Source of the DNA: Antedon mediterranea
Lineage: Eukaryota; Animalia; Echinodermata
NCBI RefSeq assembly: GCF_964355755.1
Contig: NC_092671.1
Location: 7,006,001-7,070,000, forward strand
Direction: 5' to 3'
Length of the DNA stretch: 64,000 nucleotides
Made by a program: the position numbers and the translations under genes. Below the pieces are notes generated by a model. That model ran no database searches. It saw nothing but the letters and a program-made list of their open reading frames with translations, and had not been told where the DNA came from. This document shows positions 39,401 to 54,400 of the stretch, piece by piece; the stretch's first letter is position 1; the number at the start of each line of letters is the position of its first letter.

Positions 39401-42400
39401 TAAACTAAGCCGCCATATTCTGGAATGCTGAATACATTTTCTTCATAAAGGTAAACACGTATTAACGATCGAAGATTGTTGATGATTTTGTTTTGATGTT
39501 TTTCCTGACAACTACAAAGTCATAGATTCACAAGGGCCAGATTAACAAAGGCGGGGATTTTTTTGTGAAATTATGGTGGTTATACACGATGAATAAAAAC
39601 AATAGAAGCTATCAAGTTTATTTAGAAAACGAATAGAAGCTCTAGATAGGTGTCTCATTATAGATATATTGTCCCCCTGAAAAATATTTAATTATGGTTT
39701 TGTTGAATATGTAATTTAAATAGTTTTTCACTTTGACCAAAACATTACATTTTTGTTTATGGAAGTGATTAACTTTATTAAAACAGTGAAATAGCATATT
39801 CTTCATTTTTCATATTTTTGGGGGAAAATACGTCTGACCTACATTATAATGTAACGGTCTTACCTTTGCATCAGTAACTATAAGTTGAATGGGTACCTGT
39901 GTTTCCCATGAAAGGTCTGTCACCTCAATCCAAGAACTCTAAAAATAAAATACAGTACTTCTTTAAAGCAAACACGATCTCCACCATCATCATCTGATCC
40001 TAAAGGTTTGGCGACTAAGATTGCATTTACTAACTGGATAACAAGGTAAAGATTGACAATAAAGCTGTTTTTTTTTAAATATTCAAGCATTTCGATTATC
40101 TTTTAATCAAAGCAAAGTTTAAATCTTATTTATACTTAATTCTATAATATTACAAGTTGATCTATTTTATGAAATGAATACTATAAAATACATATTGATC
40201 GTGTGAACGAACGCTATTCAATCGAACAAGTTTTAAGTTGTAAATAAAGTTTATAGTCACCGTTGCAAAATACCATTCCCATACTGTAGGTAATGGGTTA
40301 TTGGAAGGCCAATCGTATCGCTTAGTTGCCCATCTCTCACATGTCATCTCCCGACAGTCTGACTAAGTAAACGATAAAACAACGAATAACTTTAAAAAAA
40401 ATAAGTTTACGCATTTTAAATATTAAACTAAATAAATTTAATGAAATTGTGACTGTTAATGTTTAACTTACAGTGCCCTTATAAATTAGGTTTCCATCCA
40501 GTTTAAATAGTTCGTAAGTAGAAGACATCCTCACCAGTCCGTCACCGATTGGGATAGCATATCCAGAAGTTGACGAAATTGGGAATAATGAACAGTTGCC
40601 GAGAACATTATTACTAACATATGTAATACCTAGTGAAAAGAAACTATAACTGTTATTCTTAAATATAAAAAATATTTATTAGGTTATAATAATAATATAA
40701 AAAAGAAAACCATTCCATTTTAATTTTAGAAGGAAAAGCATAATCAAAATGTATTAATATTTCGTTTTAATTTGTGTATATATTAACTCATGTCTTTTTG
40801 TTCCCAATTAGATACTGACTATCATCAAGGCTATTCTGTAGACTTATTGCGTTGTTAAACGCAACCTGATGAACCTCGTAGGATGGAGTTAACGATGTGT
40901 TTGTTCTTTTTTGCTAGTATGCCATAAATAGTTAAATCTATTCAGGAATAATTAATTCTCTACCCGCAAGTTGCTGCGTTCTTACCAGTATTGAAATCAT
41001 CAATGGCTGTATACGACGTTCCATATGATACGAAATTAGTCCTTGTTAACCGTTTCAATTGGTCATACTTTATCTGAATAAAAATATTATTGTTAAGGCT
41101 AACCAAATAGTTAGTAAGTAAACGTATTAAACAATAGTTTAGATTATGTGCAACACTTGAAATTATCCATGGGAGTTACAATTATTAACATATTAGGCCT
41201 ACTATAAAAGCATAACTGTACACCGGTTAGAAAACTATTACATACTTGTTTATTTAAGTTTCACTTTCAGACCAAACCTTATAGGCCTAAATAATGTAAT
41301 ATCTAAATAAAAATGTCAGTACTAACATCGAGTCTCTGTTGAGCATATGTCGTGTCACCCGGAAGTACTTTGTAGAGAATCTCAACTCTTGAAGATGCAT
41401 ACTCGGGAAGTACGGGTAAACGTTTAGTCTGAGTGTCATTAGCACATAACACACCCTTCGGTAACTTAAAGACAATGTAAAAATAATATTCTTATATCTA
41501 TATTTAAAACGTGAAAATAAAAATAATTAGCATAATTGTAAGACGTTGTGTTACTTGCCATAGGCCTATTTAAACAATATACCATAAGTAAAAATGGTAA
41601 ATGTCAATGAATGTCGCCTAACTTTATGTTTGAAATAAGTAATTTGAAAATTGACTCTTTTTCTAGAAGTCATTTACTCCCGAAAGTTAAACAGCGAAAG
41701 GTATATACTTAGAAATACATTTTAATGAAAATTTATGCCTGACAGGGTTTTTTATATATGATACTTTAAGGGTTTAAGAATTTGTCAATGTTGGTAAATG
41801 CATGTTGTCACTCTGTTGTTACTCTTCAATCAAATAAAATTGAATAATCTATCTTGTTTCCAACTTTTTTTTTATACTTACCAATAATTTACCTAAACTG
41901 TCAATGACTTCAGGTTGAAATCCTGTGTACTCGTAAATATGTTTGAATGTGTGAGCAGGAGCATCGAGATCTTTTAATTGTAAACCCTTTCCTTCGATTA
42001 TGGCTCTCACAGGAATTGGTGAGGACAGAGATGCCGCTGCATATCCCTCAATAGTGAAGTACCTACAACGTATGAATAGACAATGACGTCAGTAAACCTT
42101 CCAAGCGTGTTGTTGTTTACCACGCCTCATAATTTAAGAAATATTGATTTGTATACCTTTTGAGAGTTATACTTATTATTATAGAATGTTATTTATACTT
42201 CTGATAACATGATAAATAACACAAAAAGAAACACATGAGTTACACATAACATAAATTAAAAAAAGGTATTTTAATATAATTTATAACCGAATTGGTTTTT
42301 TCAAACTTGGGACAGTCTTTTAAAGAATTAAGAAGAAGTAAAGTAATAATATTGAGGTTCAGCTGTAGCGCCACCTATCGATGTTTGGGTATGTTAGCTT

Positions 42401-45400
42401 TTTAATTATGTACGGAGATGAAAATTGTCAATTGTTTTGGATAAATAATAATAATACTTGAGACACTTGACTTGTGATATGCAATTAGTCCTAAAGTTCC
42501 TACACACGAGTAATTACCAGTCGAGAGTGAATGTAGATTGCGTTTGGGGTATGAATACACATGAACGCCACCAGTCGACAGGAATGCCCCGAACAACGGT
42601 TGTTCCTTTGTATATTGATCCAGCCAGTTTAGTGATTTCCATACCAATTCCTAAACTAAACAGTTGTTGGTTTTCGTTTGATTCAAGAAATGTTTGTAGA
42701 TACGATGGTAGCTCATATGGAATTGCAGTGCAGCTGCCATTAGCTGTAAAAAAAAAAAGAATAGTAAATTATAAATAAATATTATTGCTGTTTAAAATTG
42801 CTTTTTGCTACGATACAAAATGTCAACAGTAAAATCACTTACGGTAGATTAAATATACAATAGATTCTCTAAGATCTGATATTGTCTGAAACATTCCGGA
42901 CGTAGAATAGGCGAATATACTTGAGCGTAGGGACAGTGTGTCAAAATACATGACACCTTCAACCATGTACGCTGGTTCGTTGACAAATTTTGCCTCCATA
43001 TAAACTTGATAGGACTCATATAGTGTTGGTAACGGTTTCTCAATGCGGCTTTCTTGAGGATCGCAAACATTCGTATCTCCTGAAATACAAGTCAAATTCA
43101 AAGTAAATTGTTATATAATCAAACAATATCGTAATCCTTCCTCCTATAGTAGGCCTATTTTATTTATTCATAGAAAAAATATACTATATTTCTGCCATAC
43201 GTGGAGTTAATATAATAATTTTCCTACAGTAATCAAATCAAAAGCATGTTATTAGCACAATTTGTTGGACCTTGGAGAAGATAATGTTCGTGTTTTGATG
43301 ACTGTGTTGTTACTTAAAAATAATAAATCCGTTTTATATTCAAAATATCTGGATTTCGGAGAGAGTAAGTACGTGTTAGCGATAAAATGATAGCAATATT
43401 GAAGTCAACCACGTTGCAAATTACTTTATCTTCAGAAAGGAGTTTTTATAACCAAACAATAATCACTCGAGTGAAAATAGTTAGCGTGAATATTCTTTCT
43501 AAATCACATAACAAAAAAACGGAAACTGCAGAAAGCAGTCAATACAGACAACACTGTTTAAAGGCCACATGAATAAAAATAGTAACTTGTGGAACTTTAC
43601 CACGCAAACAAACATTTTGCGAGTACGTGGGTAGTTATTTCGATAGGATATAAAGTTGAGAAGATACACATTATCATTGCAATAAAACCAAATACAAGTA
43701 TGTGTTGCAAATGTATATATGAAATCAAAATACCTTGAAATGGAAAATCTGGTGGGAAAACAACGTCACTCCTCAAACTAAATGGTACGGCAATAAATTC
43801 GAATTTCTAAGAAATCAAAATTATTGATTATTACCTTTTTACACAGAATCTTAACAAAAAAAAGTGTTAACACATTTTTAGTCTTAAAGATTAATTTCTC
43901 TGTAAAATCTTCCATCATAACGATTCAAAGAGGAAAGCGGTTTAGGGAAGGAAGAGGGTACTGTCTACAAAGTCAAAACACTATCAGTGTGTATTGCAGT
44001 ATTTAAAGGAGAACCATACACCTACTACTGATAAATTGTGATTTGGATTAATAACCATATCAATATTATCAAAACTATTTGTTGAATAAATCATTTCTTA
44101 TTACTGATGTAATATATGCAAATTAAGATATGTAATGCAGTGCTTACTTTATCATTAACTTCCATAGAGATGATTAGATCTCCCTTGTTGATTGAACTTT
44201 CAAGAGAATTTACCGCTTCTACCAGGCTAAGTTCATTAGTTGTCATGTTGTAGAGATCTCCATCAATCGGAGCTTTGTCCAACAACGTAAACGTCACGTA
44301 TACCTTTACATTACTGTAATCGTACTGAAACAATTGTTGCATTTTAAGTTTATCTTTAACGATTTACTACACTCATAAGCTGTAAAACTAAATTGTAAAT
44401 ATTGTATATTGTAGATTTATTGTAGCTAAGTATAATTGTGGCAAAGACTAGTTTTTGGTGTGGAGAATTGAATAAATAAATAAATAATTTTATTGGTGTT
44501 ACACTTGGTGCTCAAATAATTGTCAAATACAGAAACTCACCATTACATTCGCTACCCTGCCAAAGCTGACCCCTGAACTCTCGGCAATAGCAATCTGAGT
44601 GGACTTCAAGAAGAGGGTTGGCGAATGTGAGATGTAACCAATGTTTTCACCTAAAAACAATGTTTTCAAACTTTACCATTGTTACCAAAAACTAATCAAA
44701 ACTATAAACGATACCAATACAAGAAAGTAAAGGCATGTACCTGGAACTTGGAACTGTAGTATTTTCTTTTGATTTTCAGCAAAACACGAAGAAACATCAA
44801 ATACAGCAAAATCATCAATACTTGCTCGGAATTCATAAATACTAAGTACAAAGTGTAAAGGCTCAAGTATACCAGTCTCCTAAAACAATAACATCGATAA
44901 AAAACATTACACAATGCAAAATAATGGTAATTAATAATGAATTTTACAAGTTAGCACATATAATATAATCAATTTACTTAGACACTAACGTTTGTTTAAT
45001 TATTAGGTAATATTCAGTCAGTGAAAATAAAGTGCAATCTTAAAAATGGAGAATTTTCCCGGTATTAATAATCATGCAAGTAACTCACTGGCGTGCTTCT
45101 AATATCCATACGTATCGGGACGGCGTCAGTAGCAACAAAGTTCTCCGTCCAATTTTCCTTTAAACAAACATAATTTGTTTTAATAACGATAAAAATGGTA
45201 TTTGCATATTATACTAAGCAAGAAAATATTATGTATTATGATAATGATGTATGTTTCTATTATTATACTGAGTAATATATTTCAAATCATTGAAAATATC
45301 ATTTCTTTGACAATTTTGTTTATGATTGTAGACTTCAGAATCAAAGAGTTTAAAGTAAGGATCACGTGGAAAATAATGATACCATAATAGTTTTACTTCA

Positions 45401-48400
45401 CGTGTATATATGACGTTGACCCCATAACATATCAATTGCCAGTAAAATAATAATGGCCTATATTCACACTAAACCCTAATAATATATAACTTAAAAGCGG
45501 TTATATAGCTTCTTTAATGGATCACCCACGTGAGCGATCGTAATTACTGGTAATTAGACGTACGTACACACCTGTTCGTATAGCCTACCGCTGGATCTTT
45601 TCTCAATACAACACATACTCGTACATCATTCGTATTTTCAATCTTTTTTTAACAGATAATGTGTATCGGTTTGTCGATATATTGTTTGATGGGTAGAATA
45701 TAATTAAAGATATCATCATCGTTTATCAACATCAAATACAGTTGTATCACTCACCTCTCTCTGGTTGTACTAAATACTGATTTGTATTATACAAATAATA
45801 ATGGGTTAAATGAGGAGAATATTTGAAAGATTTACTCTCGGCTCCGCCTCGTTGTATATGACCGTCAGGCTACTGCTTTGATTGTGTTCGCCGTACAGTT
45901 AAGTTGTAGACGGCGGATTTTCTTCGCGCAATGCCGCTTTCCAGAACAATTATTATTTGACAATGCAATAGTACAAACGGGAGAAAATAATGCACTGCAA
46001 GTAATACGAAATGAACCAATAAATGGTACTCTTAACAAGCAAATGCTTTTTAATTTACTTTCTTAAGAAATCCTAGATTTGCAAATTTAAAAAGGAAGTA
46101 AGGATGATAACAGGATAACAAAGAATGCACATTGTGTACCGAACCCATCCTCACGATTTAGAGACCCATTGAAACAATAAACGAATTATATTATATTATG
46201 ATACATACAGCTGTAAAGAACCACTCCAACGTACTATCGAACCGTTGATCTTGCACGGTTTCGGTTCCTTTTCCAATCCATACATCGGTTAGTATATTTC
46301 TAATGAGTTTCTGTGAAATAGTATATAACAATAATGACAGTATTTATTATATATCATTTGTCGGCATAGACATATAAACTAGAAACCACAATGCATTTCT
46401 AATTTATACATTTATAATACTTAATACTGTACCATAATAAAATGAGATAAACTGAGTAACTAAAAAAATAGGTCCTGTGCTATTCGCATTTGAATTTGTG
46501 TCACATCAGATAAAGCCTATACTGATAAATAAATAAATATATATATATCACATAATCAGATTAAAACAGTCACTTTTAACTGGTGATGTAAATGTATAAC
46601 ATTTCATTTACTTTGGATCGTGTCGTTATAGACAACTTGTAATTGATTAGCTTTTCTCAGCTTGACAGTATTATTCATTGATTTTTTTAACTAGAGGCGA
46701 CACTGAAACCACTGAATACTCAACGTTAAAATTACTGTCATAAATGAAGACGTCTTTCCATAACACGGGTATTCACTCAAGTAAAACCAATTACGGTACA
46801 CTTGTTTTTCAAATTTTGTTGTTATTGGCAGTTTTTTTTTTTTTTTTTTAGGATAACTTATTTTATGCTGCAATTTTGTTTTTTATTAAATATTCAATGC
46901 GCAAACTCAGACTCGGTTGCAAATCATATTAGGTCGATATTAAACATTAATATTAACAAAAATGAATTATACAAAAGATATGTGACAGACGATGAGATGA
47001 TTCGTGCATGAACAGTAAAACATCCTTGAACATCAATCATTTAATTGGCTATGTGATAAATTGCGTAGTATACGCGCACGTGACATATCTATAAATAGAA
47101 TATGCTGCTAATCTGCATGTCTGAACTTTATTTAACCGGTATAAACACTACACTACCAACACGTGCAGGGTTGGAAGTCCAACAAATTATTTCGATGCAA
47201 GATAAAGTTAGTATTTTAAAAATCAAATTTGTGTATAGCGTTGTTTGTACACGTTTTCTGACATTCCGAGGACAACATAATGTAAACTAATAATTGTCCC
47301 TGTTCAAAATATCGTGATCATCAGCAATGGTAATTATGATAACATTGGTTTATTCTTTTAAATAGTGCAAGTGTGCAATGTGAGTTCGTAGAAGAAAAAT
47401 GCGTCTTCCATTTTATTCTGTCATATTTGTGTACCAAATTTGTGTAAGTTAGTTTTTAGTTTAATAACCAGTCGGATTATCCCCATAAAATGTATTGGTA
47501 GCACTTTAGTTGAGTCGAACGTAAAGTGTATTTGACATCGGCTATTTGTACAACAAAACAAATATAGATATAGTAAGTCTACTGTAGGTAAAGTACTAGA
47601 GTTTCAAATTTATATTATTAAAAATATGAATATTTTGGCACATATGGCGTTTTATACGTATGATTTTGATCTCACAAATCAAATAAATTATTGTCCAGAC
47701 AAAAATTGAAAAACCGACTGGTGGACTCTACTATAAACATTACAAATTAAATACAGATTTAGGGCTAGAATATGGTATACATTCAGTGCGGTACAAAAAA
47801 ACATATCTTGTGCAATTATTTCATCTATCCATCGAATGAAAGTTGAAGAACCTAACATTACTGTATGATGATAGATTCTATGTATGGAGCGTCAATACAA
47901 TGCCATAAGTTTTTATCACAAGATTATCTAAATGATATTAACTGTGTAATCATCACCAACAACCTCGTATAGAGCCCATTATAAATAATCCATGCACTGG
48001 GAATAACTAGTAATGTCACTTGACTTAGGCCATACTTACTTTCCCTTTATATTCATAATTCATATCAGTGAGCCCAAAAAATAGTTCCTGCGCCGTTCGC
48101 ATTCTGACGTGAGAAGGATCTGTTGGCACTGCCTCGTAGCTGGTGTTAGCAATTGGAAGAACAACGCAAGTTCCAACACGTGCATTCTTAACGTAAGCAA
48201 CACCTGTGTATGCAAATTACAATATAATACGTGTAATTGTTTAAGGTTTAAAGTTTATGAATGCTTGTGCGATTATGTATTTATTAATACTCTTAATACA
48301 GTGTCACATATGTATCACATGCGAGGTCTGTATCATAACAAAAATATCGTGTGTTTCTCAATCAATAGTCATGAAAAAATAACATGACGTCATATCATTG

Positions 48401-51400
48401 CTTGTCTATATAAAATTCTTATAAATTATACAGCAACATTATTATGAATCATACATACATATGTTGTATACATTATTTTTTGTAAATATATTATTTACAA
48501 ATAAATAATAACTAATAACTAAAAATTCTCCTAAATTATTTTAAAACCTATACATGAAAAATACAAAACTCGAAAAGTTTATATTAAACAGGTTGTGAGT
48601 ATATACATTTTATCCTTTCCATCATCATTATTTCACTAACAAATTAATATTGTGAAATCTAATGAGATGGTGTTATTAAAAAGTAATACATAATTAGAAA
48701 TAATGATAACATATTGAGGAGTGAGTAAGAAATGCTTTATAGTAGAAAAAGTATGAACACTGTTTTCTATTTCCACGTAACGTTTGACTTCTATGACGAC
48801 TCAGTATACTAATTTGACATTTTCTGAAGTATTAATTGGAAAGATGTCTGTGATTCCCTATTTATAAACTAACGTAAACTAACAGAACATGTTCACACGT
48901 CTACTTAAGCACGCATTGGTCGAAGTTGTTGAAATTAGAAAGAAAAATATGTTTCAAACACTGTTTCATTTGCCTGAACTTTAATTTTCACTAGTTCATT
49001 TCTTGATGTAACCATTAAACGTGATCAAGGGGTTCTTAACTCCGTCAATGTGTTGACATAAATCTAAGCCGATCTTCTTCAACGTAGACTGACAGTTGAA
49101 TTGTTCATTTCCTTGCGGATATGTTCGCAATTTAATGCATCAAAAGCTAGGATAATTGCTTTTTTTCATAGTGTTATAAAGACGAAATATTTTATCAATG
49201 AAATGAATACGATTTACCTGTAGTATAATCGTGTATCTCAGAGACAGGGTCGCCAACATCGTATCCAAGATCAGTTCGTGCTAAAACTGCTGTGTGCTCA
49301 TACTTTACAAGCTTCAACGTTTCTGAAAACCATGCCTGTAAACCAAAGGAAATTCAAAAACTTTCCCAATTATTATATACAAAGTATTAAACTAAAAGTT
49401 ACAATTTAATTTTCCTAATCAAAAATGTATCTGGTAGGAATTCTGCACGATATTAATTGTCGAGAAGAAAATTAAAACGCGACAATTTTATAATACACCT
49501 ATTTACCATGAGAACATAGTCGTAGGAAGATTTTTCAGATTCACTAATTTTCAAAAGCGTTTCATTTAAATTAGTATATAGTCCATGGGATTTAGCTAAA
49601 AAATGACCCTTTTCTCACACAAATTGCAAGAAAAAGTTTTTTTGATGAAATGTGTTCTTTAGACCCTAATGAACACATTTATCAACGTTAGGACATTTTT
49701 CGACAACGGGAAGTAGCCTAATTTGCATAAATAAAAATGGCCGCCATTTTTAATAACGTGCTCTGTATCTTGGAAACCGCTAGTCACAGATACTTAATTA
49801 TGGTGTCAAAATCGTTAGAATATATGTTTTTATATTCACTTTATTAAAAAAGTTTGTCCAAAAATGAATGGAAGTGCTATTTCTAACATTATTGACCTTT
49901 GACCTTGAATTCTCATATCTCAGCAACCACTAATCGGAGATATATAAATTAGAGCTTAAATTGTTCAGAAACTACACATTTATATCCAGTCTAATGGCAT
50001 GTTTTTGCAAAAAATGGCGGATTCTAACATTATTGACCTTTGACCTTGATTTATCATATCTTAGCAACCACTAATCTGAGAGACACACAATATGGCTCAA
50101 ACTGTTCAGAAACTACATATTTATATTTAGTCTAATGGCATGTTTTTGAAAAAAATTGCCGATTCTAACATTATTGACCTTTGAACTTTGCACTACATAA
50201 AATCGCATAACTTTGAAAATATTGTACATATGAAATTATTTTTAGTGTCAAATTGTTCAGAACATACATGTTTCTATAGAGTCCAATGACACATTATGTC
50301 CAATAATGACCTATTGTATGGTTATTCACATTTGAACTATATTTGAAACCGGGATTTTTAAACCCGGAATCTTCTTCATGTAGGCATTCATTAGAACATG
50401 TGATTTGGCACTACTCGTTTAGAATATGGTGGTAATTTAAAGTGCATGTAACCAGTTGATTTAATTTAGTTACTGAAAATATTCACGTTAAAAAAAATAT
50501 TAGACTATGTATACATACATTATAGGTTTATTAATACATTTTAAATTAGGTCTTACATCTTACTCAGGAGAAAGTTGATGTTGACACTATTAACAGAGCC
50601 AACAAAGATGTAGGTTTTTTTTATGATATATTGTACATACTTTAAATAGGCCATGCCATTTTGCAGGTTTATTAAAGTTTTTTTCAAGTTAGTAATTTAT
50701 TTTTTTATCAAATTAAATTGGCATTAAATGGCATATTCAACAAAGAAATATCTAAAGATTATTTAGTTTATATTTTGTTAAGGATAGCATCACTCTTGAG
50801 GGCATTCTTTTAGGTTGAAACATAGTCTTATTAAGAAGGCCTTTCCTACTACTAGACGCATTGTTGACAACTGGAATTTTAAAAGATCGATATTAATGCA
50901 ACATATTTAGTTTAGTTTAATTAATTGGCTATCGAGACTCATAATTAGGCTGACCACCACTTGCAATATTTTCGCCGTATACAGTAAAAAACTCAGTTTC
51001 TTATGGAATTTATTTATCTATTTCAATAACCATATACAGTATGACTACTAGTGGTGTATAGTTTTTAACCTTTTATAATTTGTTTTTGTACTTTTTTTAC
51101 GTGAATGTATTGTGTATGTACCATGTTTCTATGTGGTTTAATTTTTACCATTTTTTAACCATCAATTTTAATGCTTTTAATATAAATATCTGGTAATTCA
51201 GCTTCAGTTGCCAAGACGATAAGAAATAAAATAAACAAACGTGTAAACTTGTAGGCAGTTTATGGATGAATGCAATAGTTTATGCTTATACATTTAATGT
51301 ACCATGGCCTACTTTAAACTAAACATAATAAGTCAACGTTGCAACTCTTACATTTTAGAGTGCCAAATCACATGTTCTAATGAATGCCTAGCCTACATGA

Positions 51401-54400
51401 AGAAGATTCCGGGTTTAAAAATCCCGGTTTCAAATATAGTTCAAATGTTAATAACCATACAATAGGTCATTATTGGACATAATGTGTCATTGGACTCTAT
51501 AGAAACATGTATGTTCTGAACAATTTGACACTAAAAATAATTTCATATGTACAATATTTTCAAAGTTATGCGATTTTATGTAGTGCAAAGTTCAAAGGTC
51601 AATAATGTTAGAATCGTCCATTTTTGCAAATACATGCCATTAGACTAAATATAAATATGTAGTTTCTGAACAGTTTGAGCCATATTGTGTGTCTCTCAGA
51701 TTAGTGGTTGCTAAGATATGATAAATCAAGGTCAAAGGTCAATAATGTTAGAATCCGCCATTTTTTGCAAAAACATGCCATTAGACTGGATATAAATGTG
51801 TAGTTTCTGAACAATTTAAGCCCTAATTTGTATATCTCCGATTAGTGGTTGCTGAGATATGATAAATCAAGGTCAAAGGTCAATAATGTTAGAAATAGCA
51901 CTTCCATTCATTTTTGGACAAACTTTTTCATTAAAGTGAATATAAAAACATATATTCTAACGATTTTAACACCATAATTAACTATCTGTGACTAGCGGTT
52001 TCCAAGATACAGAGTACGTTATTGAAAATGGCGGCCATTTTTAATTATGCAAATTAGGCTACTTTCCGTTGTCGAAAAATGTCCTAACGTTGATAAATGT
52101 GTTCAGTAGGGTCTAAAGAACACATTTCATCCAAAAAACCTTTTCTTGCAATTTGTGTGAGTTAAAAGTCTAAATCCCATGGACTAATAGCGTAGTAATA
52201 ACTTTGTTGTGTATTATTTGTACTTACATTTGTGTTTTCTATCCGACGAGAGTTCGGCGAAACTATTTCAATACGCATGCGTATATCACCAGGAATGATC
52301 GGTAGAGGGTTTGTAAGATTGAATTCTTTTCTTCCTTCACAATATACTCCTCTGGGTGTCTTAGAAAACAATATAATATGTACTTAATATTTGTTATTTG
52401 AAATCACAAATTGATATTGAAGAAAAAAAGGTATTTATATATGCAGTAGTACTGCTTAAGCAAGTATCTACATAACTAGGCTGAATGATCTTTAAGTGTA
52501 ATAATAACAATTAAGAACAAAATATATGATGCATTACTCGTGATCATTAAGTGGTTCGAAAGCAAAATGAATTCTTACTTAATACTGTAACATTATATTG
52601 ACAAAATACTATGGAGATAATGAATAATATGTTGTTCTAGATTTAACATTTAAGTTAAATATATTTTAACTATATTCTTCTTTGATCTAATCTTCATCAA
52701 TGATGTCATTGATTTGGCGTCTTAAGGAAGACATGTCAAGGTATAGCCTACGTGTAGCCTACGTTTTGTGCCTAAAGTATCAAGACTTTTAATATTGATG
52801 TTGTATTTTTAAGTGAAATATATTTAAAGCACATAACGTATAAAAACCATAAATTCGTATCATACTTCGAAAATGTATGGATTGTAATTAGTGGACGGCC
52901 TGAAAAATGCGAACTCATAGATGTTCTCAAAATGATGCGTTCCGGATGCGTTGATATTTTCTCTCGTTCCGTTAACGGTGACACGAACAGGAATTTCATC
53001 CGACCCGTATGCCGTAGTATATCTGAAACATCAATTTAAAATATCTTTCTTTGAACTTTGATGTATTATGAATTCGAATTATTACTTCAGATATTATTAG
53101 ACTCTAACTTCCAAAACTACGTTGTCGGAGAAACTATAAAAGAACAATGTGGGTTTTACACCTACGTGAAAAAAGTAGTAAGTAATCGTTATCAAAGTAA
53201 TTCTTCAGAAGGTTTGAAAAAACTCTCGTTTTCCCTATGACCGAATCCACCTACTGTTTTTTAAAGACATTTTTATAGGAAAAATGTTTGAAATAAGTAT
53301 GTTTAAGTAGGCTGTAATTGAACAATTAAAACAGTGGAATATTTAATAGTCTATATATTATGATATTATAGTATAGGCATATTATGTTATTCAATAATAC
53401 ATTATTTATTAAAAACATAAAGCTTACCCTGGAACAGTAAAATAGTAATCCACATAGAAAGAACTGGATTCTGAATCGTTTATACAAGCTCCCCAGTGAT
53501 TGGTCGGAATTCCTCGTATTTCTTCCGTACCTAGGTACTCTTCTGGAAACTTGGTTCCGACTTGAAGAATGTCATTGACATGGCGAATGTGAGGAGTTCC
53601 ATCAATAATCTCATAACCGAATGGCAGCAGATCAGGACTACTACTAATTCTTTGTATTGTGCACTGTGGAAGATCGTCTTCTGTATAAAAACCTTTAAAA
53701 GCAGACATCAAAAATAATAGGCTTACAGTATAAATTATAGTTTAATTTGTTTTCTAGCTCGCTATTTTTTCCCCAAAATCTATTTTTGTTACTGTTTAAT
53801 TTTCAAAAGTAAGTTTTATTTTTCGGCCATTCATTCTGACGCCATTTTTAAATATCAACTATAAGAAATTAACTCTTTATGCTATCAAAGATATTCTAAT
53901 GCATAAGATATTGTATACGCATTTAGGTATTTTACCTGGGCCAATTGATCTTCCAACAACAGTGTAAAGTTCATCTGTATCATAATCATATATTTTGAAT
54001 GTTTCTTCACCACTCTTAACTGTTCTGAAGCTACCCCTGTTTCCCGGCTCGTCATAAAATTCTTCAACGTCCTGCGTGTACGACTTTTGAAGAATACTCG
54101 CTTCGATACTAGTGCTGTATTGGTTTGATAACTTGGGTAGTGATGGTCCATTGTTTGATTCAACAGGACTACACACAGGTATCACATCTCCTATGACCAT
54201 AGATAGGCCTAGGCATACTGAGATAATGTACAGGCCGATGTAACTCTTTGAAGTACCGTTTGTTATTATTCTGAAATTATATTGAAATTGGAAAATAGAC
54301 CTATATGAAAGAGAAAAGAAACAATCTAGTATATAGATTGTTGATTAGAGAGACGCCAAACTAATTAGCAAACAGCCTACTGGCAGATTGTATCTTGTCT

